From NCBI GenBank assembly GCA_032718475.1, contig JAUCBJ010003041.1, positions 1-35,088 of the forward strand: a stretch of 35,088 nt of DNA. Reading direction: 5' to 3'. Shown piece by piece: positions 1-8,647 of the stretch; position 1 is the first letter of the stretch, and every line of letters begins with the position of its first letter. The notes below the pieces were generated by a model. The model had not been told where the DNA came from and did no database searches. It saw only the letters and a list, made by a program, of their open reading frames with translations. Position numbers and translations under genes: made by a program. Source of the stretch: Nemertoderma westbladi (Eukaryota > Animalia > Xenacoelomorpha).

Positions 1-416
1 CTGCAGTATGCAGACATCAGACATCAAACATCAGACATCAGAGTGCAATATGCAGTCAGATAACGGATATATGTCCTTATAATTAAGCCTACTAGTGTAG
101 GACTAAAAACTGAAAACACGGAGGTGCCAAAAGCCGGTTCTTAGGCTCTGGGCAAAACATAACACTGAACTACTGAGTTTCTGTATACACCTCCAACACA
201 GAGACAACAAACGCTCTGATTGGTCAACCTGAACAACGAGAGAACAAAGAAACAAAGAAACGTCGACGTGGCAATATCAGCTGCTAGCCGTCGTCATGGT
301 AGCGACACTGTTTTCAAGAGTATCGAGCTTTTACGTCACGGAATTACGGATTATGTCCTCTAAAGTACAAATACAGTACAAATACATAAGAAATGACTTT
401 TATGTCCTCTAAAACA
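1..416 (-). mobile_element. LTR (U3/5' part) of an element related to the BEL/Pao element at 18.3-31.1 kb; runs off the window start
   Basis: ~70..416 aligns with ~30700..31065: near-identical over 211..372, weaker over 70..210. On the minus strand both begin TGTTTTA, and both keep CCAAT (plus 'cgctctgattggtc') and TATA-like (plus 'ttataa') motifs. Confidence 0.6.
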
Positions 417-1462
417 CCAGTACAGCAAGGACACGGCCTTTTTATGCCTGGCAAACCAACTACAGAGTACTTTAAGGGAAAATAACCGGCTAATCACGCA
501 AAAGCTTTTACACGGGCTATAAATGATTTTTTGTTTGTACGTAGATATCACTAGTCAGGATCCGACCGAAAAAAAATTTTCGAAAAAATGTACTGGGGTG
601 GTTATATTGCAGCACCAAAATTACAAGTAGTGCACAATTTTCAGAAAATTAGAAATTTACATTTTTCGTCTAATTGTTTTTCAATACAGGTTTTCTGGGG
701 CGCAAAATACATTGGAAAATATTTAAAAATGATATGATTACTATAAATGGCTGTTTAGTCCTCTCTGCGTAGGAAAAAAATGAAAAAAACAAGTACCCAG
801 CACTTTTCAGTTAGAACACAAAATTTTTAATTCACTTATACGATGCTATAAATTCACATTTTTAGGTTTTCTGGGCGCTGATTCTAATGGAATACATTTC
901 TGAAATGCCCCATCATTGCTACTTGTATTTTTCGGCGTAATTTGGCAAATTTTGGTGCTAGGACCAAATTTCGTACCCATCACCAAAAAGTACAAGTTTG
1001 CGATGTCCAGTGCTGTTTATATTGATTCCATCGGATTCAGGACCATCATAAACCCGTATAACGCAATAAACAAGATGATACTATATACTGATACTGATCA
1101 ATTTGCTTATTTTCCAAAATTTGGTGCTGGCACAACAATTTTCACCCACCGGCGAAAAATACAAGTTTGAAAACTCTTATGAAATTTTTACTGTTTCCAT
1201 TGAATTAGAGATGTATAGATAGATCAATAGATAGAGATGTTATCTATTGTCTTCCTAGTAGTGAAAACCGTTTTCAAAAATATTGGGTAGTTTTCGAGTT
1301 ATAGCACCATTTTTTAACCCTACTTTTGGCACTTTTTTGAGACGTTTTTTGAAAATAATTACATTTCATTAAATGTGAATTGTAACATCTTTATTTTTGA
1401 TTTACGCCGGTTTTTTGGTGTTAGCAATTGGATGGAATTCATATAAATTGATTTAGAAATTT

Positions 1463-2170
1463 AAAACTTGTTTTTTTCGGCGGGTGCCAATTTTTGGTGC
1501 CAGCACCAAATTTTGAAATATGTCAATTTTATAAATTGATTGTGTGAAACTTATTTTTTACGCAATTGGGGTTTTTTGGGGTTCTGGTTTCGATAAAATA
1601 TATACGAGTTGCACCAAGCGTATCAAACTTGTATTTTTTGGTGGTGGGTGCAAATTTTGGTGCTAGCACGAAATTTTGAAAATCCATTCAATTGATAAAA
1701 TTGTTTGTGACAATTTATTTCTTGCGTTTTAGAGGTTTATGGCTATTCTGAATTCAATGGAATATATAATTATCGATCTAGACATCTCAAACTTGTATTT
1801 TTCGGATGAGGGTGCAAAATGTGGTGCTAGCACCAAATTTTGAAAACCATCAAATATATCAATTGGTTGTGTCACCTTGTTTCTTGCGTTGTACGGGTTT
1901 GTGATGGTTCTGAATTAATGGAATCAGTAAAAATTTCATAAGAGTTCTCAAACTTGTATTTTTCGCCAGTGGGTGAAAATTGTTGTGCCAGCACCAAATT
2001 TTGGAAAATATGCAAATTGATAAGTAGATAATATCACCTTGTTTCTTGCGTTATACGGGTTTATGAGGGTCCTGAATCCGATGGAATCAATAAAAACAGC
2101 ACTGGACATCGCAAACTTGTACTTTTTGGTGATGGGTACGAAATTTGGTGCTAGCACCAAAATTTGCCAA
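1463..2170 (+). repeat. Tandem array of ~162-bp diverged units inside the foldback
   Basis: The anchor 'aaacttgt..ttt' recurs at about 1464, 1625, 1789, 1950 and 2113. Each is followed by the palindrome-like core TGGTGCTAGCACCA or a variant. Confidence 0.85.
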
Positions 2171-2623
2171 ATTACGCCGAAAAATACAAGTAGCAATGAT
2201 CTGGCATATTAGAAATGTATTCCATTAGAATCAGCGCCCTCGAAAACCTGAAAATGTAAATTTATAGCATCGTATAAGTGAATTAAAAATTTTGTGTTAT
2301 AACTGAAAAGTGCTGGTTACTTGTTTTTTTAATTTTTTTCCTACGCAGAGAGGACTAAACAGCCATTTATAGTAATCATATCATTTTTAAATATTTTCCA
2401 ATGTATTTCGCGCCCCAGAAAACCTGTATTGAAAAACAATTAGACGAAAAATGTAACTTTCAAATTTTCTGAAAATTGTGCACTACTTGTAATTTTGGTG
2501 CTGCAATATAACCACCCCAGTACATTTTTTCGAAAATTTTTTTTTTTGGTCGGATCCTGACTAGTGATACCTAAGTACAAACAAAAAATCAGACGTTTTC
2601 GTAAAAATTTGTAGATTTTAGAT

Positions 2624-2670
2624 GGGGGGGGGGGGGGGGGGGGGCAATATGACCACCCCCCCCCCCCCCC
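2624..2670. repeat. Subterminal G21-caatatgacca-C15 hairpin
   Basis: Poly-G at 2624..2644 and poly-C at 2656..2670. A related motif, gggggtgtgggtcatattgaccccccc, lies at 14261..14287. Confidence 0.8.
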
Positions 2671-2823
2671 GGTATTTGTACAACATTTTATAGCCCGGTA
2701 CTAATAGGGTTAAGGCTGTTCTGAATTCAATGGAATATATAATTATCGAACAAGACATCTCAAACTTGTATTTTTTGTCCGTTCTTCTCATGTTCTGGGA
2801 GACTGGCTAAGAAGTTTCCTAAG

Positions 2824-3860
2824 GTGGTTCTGATTGTGTGCTACTCTCCAACTAGTGTTGCCCCTGTAGAGGAGGTGGAAAATTTATACCAGAATCTACA
2901 AGCAGCTACTGATGGAGTGGATCAGCATGCATTCTTAACATTCCTGGGAGACTTTAATGCAAGTCTGCATCAATCACTTACATCGCCCTGGGTCTATAGC
3001 AATAGTGTTAACCGAAATTCCGTCCATCTTCAGGATTTTATCTCAGGAAATGGATTGTTTTCGGCTGGAACCAAGTTCAAGAAGCGAACTGGAAAGCTAT
3101 GGACTCATAGTGGACCCAGTGGTCACAAGTCCCAGATAGACCATATCCTATTTCGTAGGAAATACAGGAGCTCTATACTAGACTGTAATGCATTTTTTAC
3201 ACTACGTCCCTTCTCCAGTGATCACCGCCTCATTGTGGCCAAGGTAAGACTTAGTCTGCGTGCTAGCAGAACAACGAAATCTGCCTTGCCGCGGAATGAC
3301 TGGTCCTCTCTGTTGCAACAGCCAAGTGTGAGATCCAGCTTCACACTACAGCTGAGAAACAGGTATGAGGCTCTTGCCTCTGAGGCAGCAGATCACGGTG
3401 AGGACTATACTGCCTTCACAGAAGCAGTTAAGTTAGCAGCTGGAGAAACAGTTCCTGTATACCCTCGAAACAGGAAACGGGCCCCTGGACTGACAACAAA
3501 ATTCAGAAGTGCCGAAATGACCTCTACAAGGCGCAGAAAGAGTCCCGACTCAAAAAGACTACATCGGCCAAGAATGCAGTTAAGGCTGCATTGCATCTAG
3601 GTCCCTGAACAGGCAATACTCTGTTAATTTACAGGAGCTAATAAACCAACAGGTTGATGCCATCAATGATGCTGACGACAGCAGGCAATCATCCCAGGCA
3701 TGGAGATCGATCAATTTGCTTGCTGGTCGAAAAAGCCAACCAACCACCAAGGTTAAGGCTGAATCACCAGCCGATTGCCTCAATGGTTGGAAGGCCCACT
3801 TTGAAAAGCTCCTCAATAATGACAGGGTATTGCCTGATAACACTATAGAAGTAAAAGTGT
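2824..3860 (+). pseudogene. LINE ORF2 apurinic-like endonuclease and linker, frameshifted
   Basis: ORF 2824..3600 has YSPT, GDFNA, WTH, IDHI and SDH motifs. The linker (PWTDNKIQ..., AWRSINLLAGRK, WKAHFEKLLN) continues in another frame after ~3480. Confidence 0.85.
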
Positions 3861-4028
3861 CGATCAACTTGCTTGCTGGTCGAAAAGCGTAGTCGTGGAC
3901 GACCTGCCATAACATATATAGATCAACTTGAAAGGGATACTGAACTTGGGAGAAACGAAATTGCGACAACTATGGAGAATCGGGAAGCCTGGAAGGATCT
4001 CATTTCCACTGTCCGAGTTCGCTCGACC

Positions 4029-4052
4029 TAGTAGTAGTAGTAGTAGTAGTAG
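4029..4052 (+). repeat. (TAG)8 3' tail of the LINE; the first TAG is the ORF2 stop codon
   Basis: acc-tag-tag x7, merging into host 'tagcaccaaat'. Confidence 0.9.
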
Positions 4053-4647
4053 CACCAAATTTTGAAAACCATCAAATATATCGATTGATTGTGTCACCTT
4101 GTTTCTTGCGTTATACGGGTTTGTGATGGTTCTGAATTCAATGGAATCAGTAAAAATTTCATAAGAGTTCTCAAACTTGTATTTTTCGCCAGTGGGTGAA
4201 AATTGTTATGCCAGCACCAAATTTTGGAAAATATGCAAATTGATCAGTAGATAGTACCACCTTGTTTCTTGCGTTATACGGGTTTATGAGGGTCCTGAAT
4301 CCGATGGAATCCATAAAAACAGCACTGGACATCGCAAACTTGTACTTTTTGGTGATGGGTACGAAATTTGGTGCTAGCACCAAAATTTGCCAAATTACGC
4401 CGAAAAATACAAGTAGCAATGATCTGGCATATTAGAAATATATTCCATTAGAATCAGCGCCCTCGAAAACCTGAAAATGTGAATTTATAGCATCGTATAA
4501 GTGAATTAAAAATTTTGTGTTCTAACTGAAAAGTGCTGGTTACTTGTTTTTTTCATTTTTTTCCTACGCAGAGAGGACTAAACAGCCATTTATAGTAATC
4601 ATATCATTTTTAAATATTTTCCAATGTATTTTGCACCCCAGAAACCG

Positions 4648-4808
4648 ATCGATATTTTTCAACACTCTATATTTTTCCACACTCGATATTTGTACTCTCG
4701 ATATTTTTTTTATATATGATATATGATATTTTTTTGAACTCTCGATATTATCGTTATTTTTCAACACTCGATATTTTTACTCTCGATATTTTTCATGTCT
4801 CGATATTG
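4648..4808 (+). repeat. Short imperfect tandem repeats (core CTCGATATT), probable subterminal array of another foldback/MULE-like element
   Basis: About 8-9 copies of tcgatatt-like units at mostly 16-17-bp spacing, beginning where the foldback copy is cut. Confidence 0.6.
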
Positions 4809-5150
4809 TTCAATATAACCAATTAAAAATAATAATTTATTGGGACAATATTTTTTATTTTTGGAGAGAGTATGATAATATATTAAATTGATAGTTGATA
4901 TTTTAATATGCTGCATGCATAAAATAAACTTGCATGAAAGAATCCTTCTAATAACCGAATCAACCCTTCTTGCATGGAAATAAACTAGTTATATACATAT
5001 GTCCATCATATGGGTGGGTGGCTTTTTATATTTTAATTTATTTTTAACACGTATTTGTTTTTAATAACACAAGTTTAGACGAGATAATGATAATGAAAAG
5101 GGCAGACATTGCATTATGAACTGAGAAAGTGAGTAGTATCACATATAATG

Positions 5151-5389
5151 GGGGCTAAACGTTACACCTACACCTACTTGTAGGCAGTTTAGTAAAGAAG
5201 CAGGTTACAGAAGCGAGTTGAATGTAACCAAAACAATAAATGAGAGATAGGAAACATTTATTTAATTGATAATCAGCAGTTTGAGGATCAACAGTGAGAT
5301 GTATTGGCTTACCGGCAGACAGGTATATGTACTGTATGTGTAGGCGTGTCTAGGCATTTGCTGTAAGAGTAGGCGTAGAGTTTACCCCC
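5151..5389. mobile_element. MITE, 239 bp, Mutator-like
   Basis: TIRs GGGGCTAAACGTTACACCTAC and (reverse complement of right end) GGGGGTAAACTCTACGCCTAC match at 17/21. The 9-bp direct repeat CATATAATG lies at 5142..5150 and 5390..5398. Confidence 0.75.
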
Positions 5390-5929
5390 CATATAATGGG
5401 GTTCTTGGAAAACACGCAACGCAACGCAATGGCGCAATATAACTTAACATAGTTTATTTAATTTCGCACCATTTAATTATACTGAAGATCGTACTGCACC
5501 TTTGCGATGAATGAAGTGAGATTTTGGCCACTCGGGGATCCAGATTTAGTTTACGGGCTAGGTAACCGAACATACAAATTATATTATTTGTGATATATTA
5601 TTTTTAAGTACAGTATAGGATAGGCACAATGGGTCTGGGCCCGGTGAAATGTAAAGAATAATAATAGTTGTATCGGTGGTACCTTTCATAATTCATTAAT
5701 TAACTTGTATATTATATAGTATAATAGCAAAATATAATCATTTAAGTATTTTAATTAAGATTATTTTATAAGAGTTTAGAACTATCAAGATAATTTTGTG
5801 AGATCATTAAGTCGATCAATTTTTCTAGACTGTTCTTTTAGAGGTTTATACTTCGTTGTTAATTTCCGACTCAACTCTATTAGAAGGTGAAGGCCACGCA
5901 AAGATTTTACAAGCGATAATGCAACATAT

Positions 5930-7021
5930 GCCCCCCTGTCCATAATGATTAGAGTTATCACTTCGATAATAAGTTGGTTGATTTATTCTCCATGAACAAT
6001 ACTCTGGACCTGCACACTTAGTTGCCTTTTGTCCAAATCTCCAGTGGTACCAACAATGTTTTCCAGCTGGATTATAAGAACGTGAACTTGATCGTGGTCT
6101 ACTATAATTTCTTTCCGATCGAAGAATTTGATGGACTTTGTTGACCATAATAATTGTTACTCCTACTTCTTGTAGGTGACCTGCCTCGATGATTTTGTGT
6201 TTGAAGACTTTCTACAGCTTGGGTTAACTTATTTATTTGTCTTACCATATTATCTCTCCATGGGTTTGTAACTGCATTATATGCGGCTACCTGTACAGCT
6301 GATACACCTTGATGAGTACTTAGTTGAATATTCTCCATCATCCTATCTGCTATTTCAGCTAACTTAGTTAATGACACACCCTCTAGAGACACTAATGATA
6401 ACCTTATGGGTTCAGGTAAAATTTCTAGAAATCTTAATTTAACAATGTTTTCATTGTTGGGTGCTAACCTTTGAAGTTTACGGAGGGCAACTGAAGGTTT
6501 GGTGTCCCCCAAATAATGTTCTTTAAGTAATTGTTTCAGTCGCCTGTCTGCACTATCATCAAAGTGGGTTATTAGACTTTCCTTGATTATGTTAAAATTA
6601 TCAGTAACACATGCACCACTTTCAAATAATACATTGGTAGGTATTGCAGAAAGTAAGCTTGCCTTTTTAACATTTTCATTACAGTTATCCAAAATTTGTT
6701 CATTTGATCAAACCACACACGGGTATCCTTCTCATAGAAAATCGGCAGTTTTATAGGCCTACTACTTGTATCTGGATCAATATGTGCTGATGAAACATTG
6801 TGTAATGGTATATTCGACTGAGGTTGAGGAATGTGAACTTGAGTTTGGTGGATATGACTTAATGCCAATTTTACAGCATTTTGGTATTCCCTTTTTAATA
6901 TCTCTATTATTTCACTTTTTGTTTTCTTTGATGTATTATCTGGATGGTAATCTGGATCCCCTTCATTTAAAATCTCCAGTGCCATTTCTAAAGTTGATTT
7001 GTTTATGTGATCATAATTCAT
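5930..7021 (-). pseudogene. gag: Ty3/Gypsy-type gag with two frameshifts; no pol follows
   Basis: ORFs 6587..7021, 6102..6692 and 5846..6148 join into IKLPIFYEKDTRVWFDQM...LKQLL...LGDTKPSVALRKL...LAEIADRMME...CWYHWRFGQKATKCAGPEYCSW, motifs typical of invertebrate Gypsy Gag. Confidence 0.8.
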
Positions 7022-7475
7022 TTTTCTTTTTTATCTTTGTCAGGTTGTAGGGCAGTAGGTAGGCAGTTAGGGTAGGTTTCCCAACTGGTGGTAGGTCAGT
7101 ATGCAGTAGGCAGATTGTTGTATCAGCCCCTGTCCGTATATATCATAATGCAACAGCAGGCCTATTACAATATCCCAATACAGCAATATTACGATCTTAT
7201 TAGAACCAAAATTTCGTTTTTTTTTCGAGTATTTTTTTTTATGGCCTACCGGTACTGCGGTAGTTTGGATATTTTATTGAGTCAGTAGGCAGGTAGGCCT
7301 ATTACCGGGTAGCTATTATACGGTATACGTCACTGTAGCATTCAGTCGTCTTACCATACACAATGCAGCAAGGTATAATTGGAGTTTTACAGGTTCCGAA
7401 TGCAATTTTCCAAGTTTAGTTGTGTTGACCATTGTTCAGTAGTTCCTCTACATTTCATCGCTCGCATCCTGTCGC

Positions 7476-7493
7476 ATCTCGTCCCGGTCACCA
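7476..7493 (-). promoter_or_regulatory. Primer-binding site, tRNA-Trp-like
   Basis: Minus strand TGGTGACCGGGACGAGAT matches the canonical Trp PBS TGGTGACCCCGACGTGAT at 15/18. It lies 2 nt after a ...CA LTR end and ~450 bp upstream of gag. Confidence 0.7.
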
Positions 7494-7495
7494 TT

Positions 7496-7716
7496 TGTGT
7501 GGGCATCCCCTTTCTAGAGTAATGGATATATTATATAAAAACCAATAACAATGAATGATTGAATGTATGAATAATGTAATCCCTGAATCCGGTATCATAT
7601 AACTGAATGTCAGTACAATGCAATACAGCAATAATATATATATACAGATATATAATGGACCGGTACCGTACTGCAATAAATGCAATAACTGAATGTCTAA
7701 TCATCTCCCTATATCA
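7496..7716 (-). mobile_element. Candidate 5' LTR of the gag-only element (outer boundary uncertain)
   Basis: Plus strand TGTGTGGG...CCCTATATCA (TG...CA), adjacent to the PBS. No second copy was found. Confidence 0.4.
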
Positions 7717-8259
7717 TAATAAAAATGTATGTACTGTATGATAAAAATATATAACCTTACATCCTTCAATCCTTCCCTTTCCAGAATCCAATAGTCCCTG
7801 TGCATTCAAGAAAAACATTTGGAAAATTAAATGATTGTCTTCAATTTCCGATTATTAAAACTACATTATATATAATTGGGAGTAATAATATTAGGACTAA
7901 ATAATTTCTTCAATAAAAATGTAGAGAATTGAATGATTTTTTTTGTAATAAACTTTTATTTATCACATTATTACATTATGAGTCACTATACTACTTATTA
8001 TATTAGTATACTCATTAACGAGAAATGAAATGAAATTATGGATTGGCAGTCTCTTTGGTGGTGTAATTGGAAATGAGGGATTCCGATCCACACTGAAATC
8101 ATCCGAACAAAGCCAAACAAGTGCAGACCTTCAAGGGAATTGTATGTACTGACCCACTAAACGCCAACACCTGTCTCGCATCCGGACTCGTTGGCTGGTT
8201 GCGAACCCCCCCCCCCCCCCCCCGGGCGAGGGATAATTTCCTTGTGAGTGTACTGGAAC

Positions 8260-8646
8260 TTATAGGATGTGTAAAGCATCTACGGGTAGTCCTTGCTTTT
8301 GTAATACATTTTATAGTATCTGCTGTTTTCCATAATCGCCATTAATATAATATCGCCATTGTTGTATAATTGATTATAATTTCGCTATTTTATTAAAATA
8401 TAGGGGTCGGCTGTAGAGGGGATAAAAAAGTGATGTGTTCCAGATTCAACCAGGTCACAGCCCCTTTGGAAGCCTGGCCCCTCCTGGTCATTCTGGTATA
8501 TAATTTAACATATTTTATCAAAGCAAAAAAAATCGCCAGCTGTTTGAAGTGAACATTGGCAACTTTCTAAAATCATCGGAAATTGCGTCAGTGAACCATA
8601 ACCAAACCATGTATATTGAATTCAAGTGAGGACAGACCTGGGTGAA
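8260..8646 (+). repeat. Direct repeat copy 1 (stop codon and 3' region of the Transib/Chapaev-like transposase)
   Basis: Nearly identical to 10697..11076; differs by a 7-bp indel and about one substitution. Confidence 0.95.
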
Positions 8647-8647
8647 G

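Larger units (their letters stand above)
513..2713. mobile_element. Non-autonomous foldback DNA transposon, piggyBac-like
   Basis: Long inverted arms 524..~1201 and ~1918..2591. The right end is ...CTAATAGGG|TTAA (2701..2713), i.e. a CCC terminus plus TTAA as in piggyBac. The left terminus is damaged: only cgggctataaa (513..523) remains. Confidence 0.7.
2777..4052 (+). mobile_element. 5'-truncated, internally deleted non-LTR retrotransposon (RTE-like)
   Basis: APE endonuclease motifs (CYSPT, GDFNA, QIDHIL, SDHRL), then the LINE C-terminal peptide RSRGRPAITYIDQLERDTEL...MENREAWKDL...RST* (3888..4031) and a (TAG)n tail. No RT domain is present. Confidence 0.85.
2714..4645 (+). mobile_element. 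Second, partial copy of the foldback right arm (2714..2776 and 4050..4645), split by a LINE insertion
   Basis: 2714..2776 matches 1741..1802, and 4050..4645 matches ~1828..2425 almost base for base. Confidence 0.85.

Noticed and set aside
916-4419. Three near-identical 82-84 aa ORFs (916..1170, 1948..2196, 4171..4419) suggesting a gene family
   Set aside because: They start at TTG, lie within foldback arms and satellite units, and recur only because the repeat recurs.
8040-8259. GC-richer block with a poly-C run, possible exon or ncRNA
   Set aside because: No convincing frame, splice sites or RNA structure could be supported.
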